A DNA stretch of 63,744 bases, counting the filler, from Octopus bimaculoides (taxonomy: Eukaryota), in the NCBI RefSeq assembly GCF_001194135.2. It is 9 parts of 8 records of this genome, joined end to end, with 100 filler letters (N's around TTAATTAATTAA, not from the genome) between each part and the next. Parts side by side here need not be neighbours in the genome. Positions count along the whole stretch, not along the records: positions 50,268 to 57,061 come from NC_068985.1; positions 57,162 to 59,947 come from NW_026301333.1; positions 60,048 to 62,242 come from NW_026420770.1; 6 more parts are not named here. The stretch is one strand, 5' to 3'. Position 1 is the stretch's first letter; each line of letters begins with the position of its first letter. The position numbers and the translations under genes were made by a program. Of the stretch, positions 51,005 through 62,085 are shown one piece after another. Below the pieces are notes generated by a model. That model was not told where the DNA came from, did no database searches, and saw only the letters and a list, made by a program, of their open reading frames with translations.

Positions 51005-52033
51005 CGTGACATCTTTCTGACAACATCATGATTCCGTGCTCATAGAACTTCTGGTGCTTATCAGTCAAAAACTGAAGTGCGATTTCAGGTCATCATCATT
51101 ATTGAAAGTTTTACCATTCAAAGAATTTCGCAAACTTTGAAATAAACGGTTATTTGATGGTGCAATGTCAGGGCTATATGGTGGATGTGACAACACTTCC
51201 CAACCAAGCTCCAAAAAGTTTTACAAGTTAGCAAAGGCATGTGTAGTCTAGTGTTGTTATGGTAGAACACTTCCTATATGATTTGCCAATTCTGGATGTT
51301 TTTCTTTGATTGCTTCCTCCAGTTTCTTCAGTTGTTGACATTAAACATCTGAATTGATCATTTAGTTCCTTGGAAGCAGCTCAAAATACACAACACCTTT
51401 ATAATCCCACCAAATTAACAGCCTGACCTTTTTTTATGCTATTCAGCTTTTGATGTGGTTTGTGCTGGTTCATTACACTTGGACCATGATTGTTTTCAAT
51501 TGATGTTATTATAGGCAATCCATTTTTCATTACCAGTGATGATTTATTTCAAAAAAGGTCGATTTCATTGCATTTGAGATGCCTATCCCAAATATTGGTT
51601 CATTGTGTTTCAATTTATGTGGAACCCAAATATTGAGCTTCTTAACAAGTTCAAGACATTTTAAGTGATTTTTCACTTGTTGTGTGTGATACATTTAACT
51701 TCTCTACAATCTCTCACACAGCTATATGACAATCAGATTCAATTATGACTTTGATTCAATCATCAACTTCAGTAGGTCGACCAGAATGTTGGTCATCTTT
51801 GAGGGAAAAATCTCCAGAACAGAATTTTTTAAACCATTTCTGACATGTGTGTTCTGTTAAGCAATCAACACCATAAACTTCAAAATTACATGCAATTTGC
51901 TTCTAAAGTAAGCTAAAAGTAACAGCTATCAAATGTCAAAAGGGAAAAAAATCATAACATTGACAAAAGTCATTCAAAAAAATTGTAACTATCTATTTGC
52001 AAAAAACAAAATTACTTTCTTGCCAACCCAATA
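51005..52033 (-). mobile_element. Mariner transposon relic (transposase pseudogene with 5' TIR)
   Basis: 5' end TA-TTGGGTTGGCAAGAAAGTAATTT; translation fragments KWFKKFCSGDFSLKDD..SGRP, NIWVPHKL and LLELGWEVLSHPPYSPDIAPS..LFQSLRNSLNGKTF; stops and frameshifts. Confidence 0.9.
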
Positions 52034-52059
52034 TTATAGCAATAGCTTTGTATGAAGGC

Positions 52060-52372
52060 ATGTGGCTTAGAGGTTAGGGTATTTCACTCACAATAGTAAG
52101 GTTATGAGTTCAATTCCTAGCAACATGCTGTGTCCTTGAGCAAGACACTTTATTTCACATTGCTTCAGTCCGCTATGCTGGCAAAAATGAGTAGTACCTG
52201 TATTTCAAAGGATGTGTCTTAGCACATTTTGTGTCACTGAATCTCCCTGAGAACTATGTTAAGGGAATGCATGTCTGTGGTGTGCTCAACCACTTGCACA
52301 TTAACTTCATGAACAGACTGTTTTTTAATTAAAATCAACTGGAACCCTTGTCATCATAACCAACAGAGTGCC
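52060..52372 (+). mobile_element. SINE family C copy with tRNA-like head, CpG-decayed
   Basis: Head GTGGCTTAGAGGTTAGGGT...GAGTTCAATTCC, TGTCCTTGAGCAAGACACTTTATTTCAC, then the family C core. Confidence 0.8.
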
Positions 52373-52704
52373 AGTTAAAGCAGTGGTTCCCAAACTTTTT
52401 AAGGCCACATTCCTAGTGCCTCCCCACCATTCACCATCACTGACAGACCATTTTCTGCAGCAAATTCAAAACAACAGTATTTCACAAATAAACTTAATTA
52501 ACTTGTTTTTTTACATTCATTGCCCCGTTTTGGTCACCCCATTATCGCCCTATTTTTCTTCAACGTTCCCCTGGATCTTTCCACTGCCCACTTTGGGAAC
52601 CACTGAGCTAAAGCTATAGCTTTGAACATCTGACCTTAATAGATATAACACTGTAATATCTGCTTTTACCTACATGACCTCTTTATTTAGTTCTCAAATA
52701 CTTC

Positions 52705-52903
52705 ATTTATTGTATAGTTGCACATTTTCCTTTAACTTTTCTAATTTGAAGTTTTATTTATGTAAACATATTTTTCTCAAAGGCTGCTTTTATCTATTCT
52801 GCTAAATAAAGCAGAATTTATTGTATAGTTGCACATTTTCCTTTAACTTTTTAAACCTGAAGTTTTATTTATGTTAATGTATTTTTCTCAAAGGCTGCTT
52901 TTA
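52705..52903. repeat. Local tandem duplication of ~88 bp (52705-52792 and 52816-52903)
   Basis: ATTTATTGTATAGTTGCACATTTTCCTTTAACTTTT...TTTTTCTCAAAGGCTGCTTTTA occurs twice, period 111. Confidence 0.9.
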
Positions 52904-53146
52904 AAAAACTATCCTTATTTTATTTCGTTTTTGGATTTGGTTTGCAAGATTTTTTATGTGATTTCATGTGTTGAAGCATATTCTGTTGTGTCTGGGGAGA
53001 GTCATTTTCTTATTGTGCCTTAAAATTTAACACACTCACCGGTAAAATTTCCACTTATTTTTCTCTTTATTTTCCTAAAATTTTCGTTGCGTCTTGCAAC
53101 CTTATCAATAGTCTTGTTTATCCTTATTTTCCTTTTCTTTTAACAG

Positions 53147-53384
53147 GAAGCCATGAAAATGATGGGATTAGACAATTGGATCATATGGCTGGGCTGGTTC
53201 ATAAAATATTTCATATTTATACTTATATCAATTTCCATGATGACGTTGTTTCTGTGCGTTGGTGTTGCAGATAAAGGAAGTGTGGTGGGGTATACAAATC
53301 CAGCAATACTTTTTCTCTTTTTTTTCACATATGCCCTTGCAACCATCATGTTTTGCTTTTTACTCAGCACGTTTTTTTCAAAAG
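53147..53384 (+). CDS. ABCA3-like: ABC transporter subfamily A (ABCA3-like), internal exon of TMD1
   Basis: Acceptor TTTTAACAG|GAA, donor AAAG|GTAAGT; EAMKMMGLDNWIIWLGWF...FCFLLSTFFSK matches the ABCA E.M..MGL..W..W and STFFSK pattern. Confidence 0.92.
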
Positions 53385-53499
53385 GTAAGTTTTTTTTTTG
53401 ATAATAAGTTAATAAATTTTATTTAAAATATCATCCTTTAAATAAAGTTCTTCATGTTGTTATCATCATCATCATTGTTATTATCATCATCTGTGGGTT

Positions 53500-53650
53500 G
53501 GACAGTTTGATAGGAGCTGGTTTGTCAGAAGACTGTGCTAAGCTTTGCTGTCTGTTTTGGCGTAGTTTCTATGGCTAGATGTCCTTCCTAACATCAGCCA
53601 CTTTAGAGTGTACTGGGTGCTTTTTATGTGGCACCAGCAGCAAATGACTT
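53500..53650 (-). mobile_element. RTE-type LINE 3' UTR-derived repeat
   Basis: Shares GCTTTTTAyrTGGCACCAGCA with the RTE 3' end near 55875; assignment inferred. Confidence 0.45.
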
Positions 53651-55161
53651 GCAAGACAAGACTGCTTAACTGAAATAATATTGAGGAATGTGGCTTTGAG
53701 GAGAAGTTAGAGTATGAATAGAGGGACAGAAATAGATGTTTTGCAATAGAGGAGATAAATGGTTAATTCAGCTGGGGAGAGAACTGAGAGAATGGAAAAA
53801 GAAAGAGAGAGAGAGAGAGAGAGGAGAGGAGAGAGATAAGATGATAAAGATGTGACATGGTGTACACCCAAGTTACAGGAAGATATATATATAGTGAAGG
53901 GGACCAGGGAGTAGATTGGGTGTGTGGGAGGGGTGTAAGTTTGTGAGATTGTGAAAGGAGAGTGGGAGATGAAGGGGAGGGGAGGAATGGTGAGTGGACA
54001 CAGGTAGAGGGAGGGGGTGTTGGGAGGATATGTTGTGGGGAAGAAATTTGATAGGAAGATGAGGAAAAAGAGGGGAGGGAGCTGTTGAGAGTGGTGAACT
54101 TGGGTGAAGGAGGGGGGAGGTATTAGAAAGTTGAGATGTAGGGGAAAGGTTTGTCAGGGACAGATGGTGTGTATGGGCATGGACATAAAGGCTATAACTT
54201 TATGGCCTTGATTTTTACTTAGCTGGGTGGGGTCATCTCAAGCACAGCAATTTTGCTTATCATCGTGGTCCCTTGCCATCTCTGTGAGGCTCAAAGATAA
54301 TTTTTCCTTGTAAAAATGTGTTTGTATTGTTTCCATTGGTTTAATGTGTGTGTGTGTACATATATATATAAAGTTATAAATGATGAGAAGTAGTATGAAA
54401 ATTTATTTAACTATAAGGAAATTCAAATATTACAACAAATTGTTTCGTAACTTAAAGTATGTAAAGATAATTTATATTATTATATTTAATAATAAATAAA
54501 TTACTAACATGTCTTTGTTAAATACCAAAGTCTTGATGTAACATTTCAAGAATGCAAAGTCAGTATTTAAATAGAACTTGAAAATTTTTCTCTATTTTTA
54601 CAATCTTTTATTTTCTAAATTTTTAGTAGTTAATTATTATTTTTCTTTATTATACTAATAATATCTATTAATTCCTTTTTAATTATATTATTAAAATATA
54701 ATGTGTCTTGAATGGCAAAACAATGCACTATAATAACAACAATGGACTATAATAACTGTTATAATTTAATTATCCATAGTCTGATATAATAATAATATTT
54801 CAGAATACAAAAATTCCTTCCTCAGATATCATTAGGAATTGTTCAAGTCACTGCTACAATCAGTTTTCCAACAGCTACTGATTTTTTTTTTTTTTCCGGA
54901 AGTGCATAGATAAAAAATGGTTGATAACCCCTGTAGACCATGCAGTCATGTCTGCACCTATTGTACTAATTATTACTAGACAGAGAAACGTTATAATAAA
55001 TCATTTTATAGAAAACTTCAATATGTTTTATACAGGTTGTTCATTCAAAACTCCATAACTTTTGCTTTACTTTATGTAAATTAATTTGTTTTTCAGTTAT
55101 GGTATCTTACAGTAATTTTTTTACATAATGAAAAAACTGTTTTTTATTATTTGTTTTTCAG

Positions 55162-55335
55162 CCAACAGTGGAGCCGTTGCTGGTGGTGCTCTATTCTTTT
55201 TTTCTTACATTCCATATTTAGTCCTTGCTAGTAGATATAGTACTCTAAGTTGGGGTACTAAAATTGGGTGTTGTTTAATATCAAACATTGCACTAGCTTT
55301 TGGTGGCCAAGTTCTTGGAATATTTGAAGGTCAAG
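55162..55335 (+). CDS. ABCA3-like: ABC transporter subfamily A (ABCA3-like), next exon
   Basis: Acceptor TTTTTCAG|CC completes a phase-1 GCC codon; ANSGAVAGGALFFFSYIPYLVLASRYSTLSWGTKIGCCLISNIALAFGGQVLGIFEGQG resembles ABCA3 AN.A...GG.L.F..YIPY.....RY......K...CL.SN.A...G.Q....FE; donor CAAG|GTAAAA. Confidence 0.92.
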
Positions 55336-55820
55336 GTAAAATATATTTACATATTTATTTATTAGACATATATGTGATTTTCCTGATTACCGTACATTGA
55401 ATGTAAATGTGTGTGTGTATGTGTCTGTGTCTGTGTACTGTCATCATTATCGTTTTTATATCTGATTTTTATGCTTGCATAAGTTGATTGAGTAAAATAT
55501 TGATTGTTGTTGTTGTTGTTGTTGTTGTTGTCGGTGACGGTGGTGTTTCCGTGCATATTGTTGAGAACAACAATATGCAGAAAAGGTGTGCTATTTGTCT
55601 TGAGACAATGCCAACAACACCAGAGACAACCAAAAGAGATAATAACCAGAGAAACGACAGGATAGAAAATAATACAACTTCTTATAAATGGCATTAACCC
55701 ACTTCACTCTCTATTTTTTAACCCATGTGGTAAGTCATAAGATATGAGTTGTATTTATTTGACAAGCCTACCTTTCTACAAAAGAATTTGTGTCCCACAA
55801 CAGACAAATGATGAAATAAG

Positions 55821-55863
<43 letters not shown>

Positions 55864-55869
55864 TGTGTG

Positions 55870-56210
55870 TGCATGCTTTTTACTTGGCACCAGCACAGGA
55901 ATCTTACAGGCCAATCCTCTTTGCCAAGGGGAGTGGGCTTAACACATCTGCTGTGGAGAACAGGTCTTCTTGAGTACAGCAAGGTTCCAGGTATCTTGGT
56001 ACTTTGTCATCTTGTCTGAAAGATTCAGCATCCTCAGTTTGACCTTCAGTACCTTGTCCCATGTCTTCCAGGGTCTCCCCATAAGTTCCATCGATTTTGA
56101 GAGATCAGCACTTCTTTATGGAGCTGTCATTATCCATCCACATCATGTGACCAAACCAGCACAATCTTCTCTCTTGCACACTGCATCTAATTCCTCTTAT
56201 ACTTAACTTC
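55870..56210 (-). mobile_element. RTE-clade LINE C-terminus and 3' end
   Basis: RCSVQERRLCWFGHMMWMDNDSSIKKC matches the RTE RRL.W.GH..RM motif. Confidence 0.8.
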
Positions 56211-56398
56211 TCTCTCAATAGTGGTTAAGAGGGCGGGCTACTAACCCCAAGATTCCAAGTCCAATTTCAGGCAGTGCCTTGAATAAATAATAATGATGAT
56301 GATGATGATGATGAAGACGATGACGATGATGACGACGACATCAAAAAATACCGTCGAAATGAGAACCCAGGGTTGGGTTCAAAATTCCACCAAGATAC

Positions 56399-56475
56399 CT
56401 GGTGAAGGCTGGAAGAGTAAATCAGCCGAAATGTTGTGGTAACAGCAAACAAGATGAGGACAAATATCCGTCCAA
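56399..56475 (+). ncRNA. Degenerate hammerhead-like motif at a Penelope-type terminus; partial second copy on minus strand at about 42874-42930
   Basis: CTGGTGA - A - GGCTG...CAGCC - GAAA - TGTT; downstream AAACAAGATGAGGACAAATATCC is shared with the reverse complement of 42874-42930. Confidence 0.4.
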
Positions 56476-56544
56476 TGTAAATAATGAAAATAAGGTTCTC
56501 TTTCAATACACTAGCACTCTGCCAAATATGTACACTTACATTAC

Positions 56545-56660
56545 ACATCCAGCTGAGGATACATCCTCTGCATTCAGGGTCCATGTCTCACTACCATGTA
56601 GAATTGTTGTCCATATACATGCATCATACAATCTTTCTTTCACTTGGAGAGAGAGAAAGT
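56545..56660 (-). mobile_element. RTE-clade LINE fragment (repeated at 56881-56960, probably an assembly duplicate)
   Basis: LSLQVKERLYDACIWTTILHGSETWTLNAED. Confidence 0.8.
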
Positions 56661-56750
56661 GATTCTGGGGGTGGAGGGACAAANNNNNNNNNNACAAACA
56701 CATACACACAAACACATACACACACATACATACATACATACATACATACA

Positions 56751-56784
<34 letters not shown>

Positions 56785-57020
56785 GATACATACATACGAC
56801 GGGCTTATTCCAGTTTTCACCTACCAATCCACTCACAAGGCTTTGGTCGGCCCGAGGCTATAGTAGAAGANNNNNNNNNNCATGTCTCACTACCATGTAG
56901 AATTGTTGTCCATATACATGCATCATACAATCTTTCTTTCACTTGGAGAGAGAGAAAGTGATTCTGGGGGTGGAGGGACAAACAGACACACAAACACATA
57001 CACACACATACATACATACA

Positions 57021-57054
<34 letters not shown>

Positions 57055-57162
57055 GATACATNNNNNNNNNNNNNNNNNNNNNNNNNNNNNNNNNNNNNNN
57101 NNNNNTTAATTAATTAANNNNNNNNNNNNNNNNNNNNNNNNNNNNNNNNNNNNNNNNNNNNT

Positions 57163-59820
57163 CTGGTATCGTGGAGAGGAAAGCGTCTAGTTTTGTTTTG
57201 AAGACCTCTATATCCATGTTCTGCAGGTCTCTCAAATGTTTTGGCAGTGCATTAAAGAGCTGAGGTCCTCTGAAACCGAGGCTGTTGCAGTACCTTATTC
57301 TTATGTGAGATGCAGTGGACGGTACCCTTGGTACCATGCAGTGGTGACCTGTGCGGGCATCCGTGTAGTACTTGATGCCAAAGTTTGGTACCAGTCCTTC
57401 CAGTATTTTCCATATGTATATTATTACATATCTCTCCCGCCTACGCTCCAGAGAGTAGAGACCTAGTACCTTCAGTCGCTCCCTGTCGTCCATCTGTTGG
57501 ACTGTGGCGATCTTTCTTGTATAGTGTTGATGCCCAGGTCTCTTGCTGTTTGTGGTTCTGGGATTGCAGTACCTCCAGGTCCTGTGTATGCTAGTTGGGA
57601 GGCACTTATGGCCTTGTAGTGCAGTACTTGAAAGTTTTTAAGATTGAACCACATATTATTTTTCTCTGCCCACTTGTATTTTGCATTTAGGTCATTCTGC
57701 AGGCTTATGACATCATCAGGATTCTTTATTGCCTGAGAATACCACACAATATTTGCGTTTCCCTAGATAATTCTCCATTGGCTGCAACTGTCTGACTTCT
57801 ACCATTCAGGAAGTCATGCTGCCACTCTCCTAATTTACCAGCTATGCCAAGGTTTTGCAGCTTGTGGCATATCATGCCATGATCAACTTTGTCAAAAGCC
57901 TTTGCAAGGTCAAGATATATCACATCAACATTTGAATGGTCAAGTTGCTGCTTCAGGACCCAGTCATAATGCTGCAAGAGCTGCATAAGGCAACTTCTAC
58001 TGGGACAGAAACCATGCTGGGTCTCATTCAGCAAATCAATTTCTTCTCGGAACACAATGAGCCTTCTTCTGACAATTCGTTGCAAGACTTTGCTAATATG
58101 TGAAGTCAGAGAGATGGGCCTGTAGTTCCCAGCCTCTGCTCTGCTTCCACCTTTATGGATAGGACATATGATGCCTTCCTTCAGCTTTTTGGGAAGTTTA
58201 CCACTTGCAAGGAAACTCTGGAAGTGGTCCTGCTAATTCTTGATTACACGACTTTAAGAGGACAGCTGGGAAACCATTGGGGCCAGTTGCCGAATTTGAG
58301 CTCATTTCGTTTATGGCCGCTATTACATCTTCCTCTTCAATATCAATGTAGGTAATGGATACAGTCTTTTTCTGCTGAGTGATATTGTCAAAGAAATCAG
58401 CTGTGTTCTTCATATGCATGTGACTCAGAGGAGAAGTGAAAACACTCTTGAATTGCGCACTGAGCACTTCACTTATCCATTTGGGGTCTGCAGTCAGTGA
58501 GCCATTAGGCAGGAATAGGGGTCCTATTTTGTATTGTGCTGTGGCAGTTTCCTTTGCAAATCTATAGGAAACCTTGGGGTTTGTTTTTGTGCTTTCTACT
58601 GCTCTCTTCTCCTTCTCTGCTCTCTCCTTTTCATGGGAGAGTTTAATTTTGTTTTCTATTTCTAACAGTGTTAGTTTTAATTTAGCCCTTTTCCTATCCT
58701 CCAGTTCTCTAGTCAACTGGTTTGAGACCTTTGTTCTGTGTCTCATAAGGATTTTCCTGTCTCTAGGAATTCTATTGCTGGCCTTTCTGTCTGGCACATA
58801 TTTGGTGCATATGTCTTGTATGGTTGACATAAAATGACTTAGTTTGAAGTCATTGTCTTGTATAGAAAGGCTGTCATGCCAGTTTAGNNNNNNNNNNAAG
58901 TCATTGTCTTGTATAGAAAGGCTGTCATGCCAGTTTAGATTTCGAATCTCTTTGCGAATTGACTTCCAGTCTGCCCTGTGGAAATTCAGGTTGAATATGG
59001 CTTGAGTCCTCCTCATGGGGTGGGTCTCAGTGAGTTGTCTAGGACCATACATTGTTAATTCTATAATGTTATGATCTGAAAGAGATGTAGGTGTTACTTT
59101 CACATTATGGATTAGACCCACATTGTTTGTGAAGCAGAGATCTAAAATATTGCTTCCCTTGGTTGGTTGGAGTATCACTTGTTCCATGAACAGTATGTTG
59201 GAGATTTTGCCTGACTTTGTTCATGCAGTGACATTCTAGAAAGGATGTGACCTTCAGGCCATTTAACATTTGGGAGGTTAAAGTCGCCTAGGAAGAGTAT
59301 ATTGATGTGTTGGTCCAGATTTGTCAAGACCTCTTCTATGGGTCTGAGGCTATCCTCAAATTTACCCTCCTGCTTTGCGGTATTTGGTGGACGGTATGTT
59401 GAGCATACAACTACATCAATTTGTTTTATGTGTACTATTAAAGTATCACAGACAGAGTTTGAGTGTGATAGGAGTAGTAGGGCTGTGACATCTTCTCAGA
59501 TGTACATTGCAACTCTCCCATGACTTCTATCCCTTCTGTCTGTTCGGAGTACGGCATACTCTGGTATGTTTATCTCCACATCTGCTATATTAGATGTTAG
59601 ATGCATTTCGGTAAGCACCATGCATATTGCTTGATTGCATGCAGCTAGGTCTTTCAGGTATAGATACTTGTCTCTGCCGCCTGTTTGTAATAGGCCCCGG
59701 ATATTCAGTAGGAATATGGGTGTGATATCTGTGCAGGGGTCCCTGGTGTTAGTGGTGGCCATCCTGGATCCATCGTCTGTGGTGGTCTTGGTTAGTGGTT
59801 TGTATGGTGTTGACTCTGTA
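57163..59820 (-). mobile_element. CR1-like LINE ORF2 relic (APE endonuclease and RT) with internal deletions
   Basis: APE: LNIRGL, LTE.HL, YRPP, GDFN, PTKGSNILDLCFTN. RT: Y.P.SLTSH..K, QHGF..SRSC, DVIYLDLAKAFDKVDH. C-terminus: LGLYSLERRRERY, FKTKLDAFL. The GVPQG-FADD segment is absent near 57740. Confidence 0.92.
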
Positions 59821-59821
59821 C

Positions 59822-59947
59822 CCTCTCTATCCATGTTAGTTGATGCACATGTGCCATACAGTCTGCCTTTTACTCTGAGAGAGAGATCCTTTGTCATCAG
59901 CAGAGGTAAGAGCTCTCTGAACTTTGCCCAAGCTATTCTTATTCTAG
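59822..59947 (-). mobile_element. RTE-clade LINE fragment abutting the CR1 5' end
   Basis: WAKFRELLPLLMTKDLSLRVKGRLYGTC. Confidence 0.8.
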
Positions 59948-60131
59948 NNNNNNNNNNNNNNNNNNNNNNNNNNNNNNNNNNNNNNNNNNNNTTAATTAAT
60001 TAANNNNNNNNNNNNNNNNNNNNNNNNNNNNNNNNNNNNNNNNNNNNTTTATAGATCTATACCAAAATTTGGTAAAAATATTGTATCTGTTATCAACGTA
60101 GCAAAATTCTCACATGTAAGTCTTTTTTATG

Positions 60132-60219
60132 TATATCAATTTAAATAAGAGCTAAAAGATGATCCATTGTAAAAGTTTTTACAATGGATCATCTTTTAGC
60201 TCTTATTTAAATTGATATA
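60132..60219. repeat. Perfect palindrome: 43-bp arms, 2-nt spacer
   Basis: TATATCAATTTAAATAAGAGCTAAAAGATGATCCATTGTAAAA-GT-TTTTACAATGGATCATCTTTTAGCTCTTATTTAAATTGATATA. Confidence 0.95.
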
Positions 60220-60974
60220 TATGTATATATATATTTATGAATATACGTATATGTATATGCATATATATGTAGGTAAATGGATATGAATGTAAACAGATAG
60301 ACATACAGATAGATAGGTACAGAGGTAATATGAACAGACAAGCACACGTACACACAAACGCAAATGAAGACTAAAAGACATAACCATACACACACACACT
60401 TCACACAAGGACACATATGGAGATACATCCATACATAACAGACGCACGTACATAGTCACAAAAACCCATACACAGACACATCCAGACATATACACACAAG
60501 GAGACAGAGGTACGTTCGTTTTTTTCCGTCCTTGTTTTTGTACACATTCACTGCTTTCTTCCAAGGAATCTAATGCTCTTAGCTTAGTTTTTCTTTGGGG
60601 CTGGCCAGATTGGAGCAATATCGAGAATAACCAGCCGAAATTGCAAGGATAATCTGGNNNNNNNNNNNNNNNNNNNNNNNNNNNNNNNNNNNNNNNNNNN
60701 NNNNNNNNNNNNNNNNNNNNNNNNNNNNNNNNNNNNNNNNNNNNNNNNNNNNNNNNNNNNNNNNNNNNNNNNNNNNNNNNNNNNNNNNNNNNNNNNNNNN
60801 NNNNNNNNNNNNNNNNNNNNNNNNNNNNNNNNNNNNNNNNNNNNNNNNNNNNNNNNNNNNNNNNNNNNNNNNNNNNNNNNNNNNNNNNNNNNNNNNNNNN
60901 NNNNNNNNNNNNNNNNNNNNNNNNNNNNNNNNNNNNNNNNNNNNNNNNNNNNNNNNNNACATACACACACACAC

Positions 60975-62085
60975 ACGAGGGGTGTATGAAAAGTTTTGAG
61001 TCTAACCTACAAACAGGGCTGCTAGATAGCTGAAACAATTTTTTCTGGTGGTAAGTACAGTCTTTTCGGAGTATTCTTGTTCATTTTCATGATTCTGGTA
61101 TTTTAATTTATTTTGTTGCAGATTTTTGAATAAACAAGTTTCGAGGCTACAAGGAAAATGGAGAAAACTGAGTATCGTGCTGTCATAAGGTACCTTCATT
61201 TGAAAGGCATGACTCCATCAGAAATCCTTGAAGATATGGTGAGAACCTTAACAGACAATGATCCTTCGTATGCAAGTCAATCGCTGGGTAAATGAATTGA
61301 AACGTGGCAGGGAGAGTGTGGAAGATGATCTTCAATTGCAACCACCAAGGACAACATTGACCTTACTCTTGGCATGGTAATGCAAGATTGCCAAATAGCA
61401 TGTCGTCAGATAGCCAAGAGACTGAGCATCTCAATTGAAAGAGTAGACAACATCGTGACAAAAGAACTTGGGTTCTCAAAGGTTTTTGCAAGGTGGGTCC
61501 TTCGCCTTTTGACTCCTGAACAGAAACGCATTAGGTGCAGTTTGTCCATGAGCAACCTGGAACTGTTTGAAGCTGATGAAGAGAATTTTCTTGCTCGTTT
61601 CATTATTCTGGACGAAAGTTGGGTCCATCACTACCAGCCTGAAACCAAAGAACAATCAAAGCAGTGGAAGCACACATCTTCTCCTACCCCAAAGAAGGCT
61701 AGGGTCATTCCTTCAGCTGGCAAGGTCATGGCGTAAACTTTTGGGGATTCTGAAGGTGTCTTGCTGATCGATTACCTTGAAAAGGGTAACACCGTGACAA
61801 GGCTGTATTATTATAAGCTACTGAAATGCCTCCGAGAAGCAATTAAAGAAAAAAGGCTGTGAATGCACACCAGAGGAGTCCTTTTTCATCACGATAATGT
61901 TCCAGCCCACACCTCAGTGGTTGCCATGGCAACAATTCGTGATTGTGGATGCGAACTTTTTCCCCATCTGCCTTATTCGCCAGGCTTAGCCCCCTCTGAC
62001 TTTCATCTATTCCCCAAAATAAAAAAAGCCCTGGCTGGTCGCCATTTTGCCAGTGTCAATGACGTCATAGACGCTGTAGAGTTCT
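60975..62085 (+). mobile_element. Mariner transposon relic, transposase pseudogene from 61158, 3' end missing
   Basis: 5' TIR CGAGGGGTGTATGAAAAGTT; MEKTEYRAVIRYL..., RWVLR (WVPR motif), ILDESWVHHYQPETKEQSKQW, HHDNVPAH, PYSPGLAPSDFHLF (D,D,D catalytic blocks); stops and frameshifts. Confidence 0.93.

Noticed and set aside
53900-54170. G-rich purine tract as a functional G-quadruplex element
   Set aside because: Irregular G runs inside low-complexity, repeat-associated intronic sequence; nothing distinguishes it from background.
56581-57061. Tandem duplication of about 200 bp (56581-56790 vs 56881-57061)
   Set aside because: Near-identical copies separated by a short N gap at contig ends; most likely redundant assembly of two haplotypes or overlapping contigs.
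58848-58938. Repeated LNWHDSLSIQDND segment in the LINE ORF
   Set aside because: Exact ~40-bp overlap either side of a 10-N gap; unmerged contig overlap.
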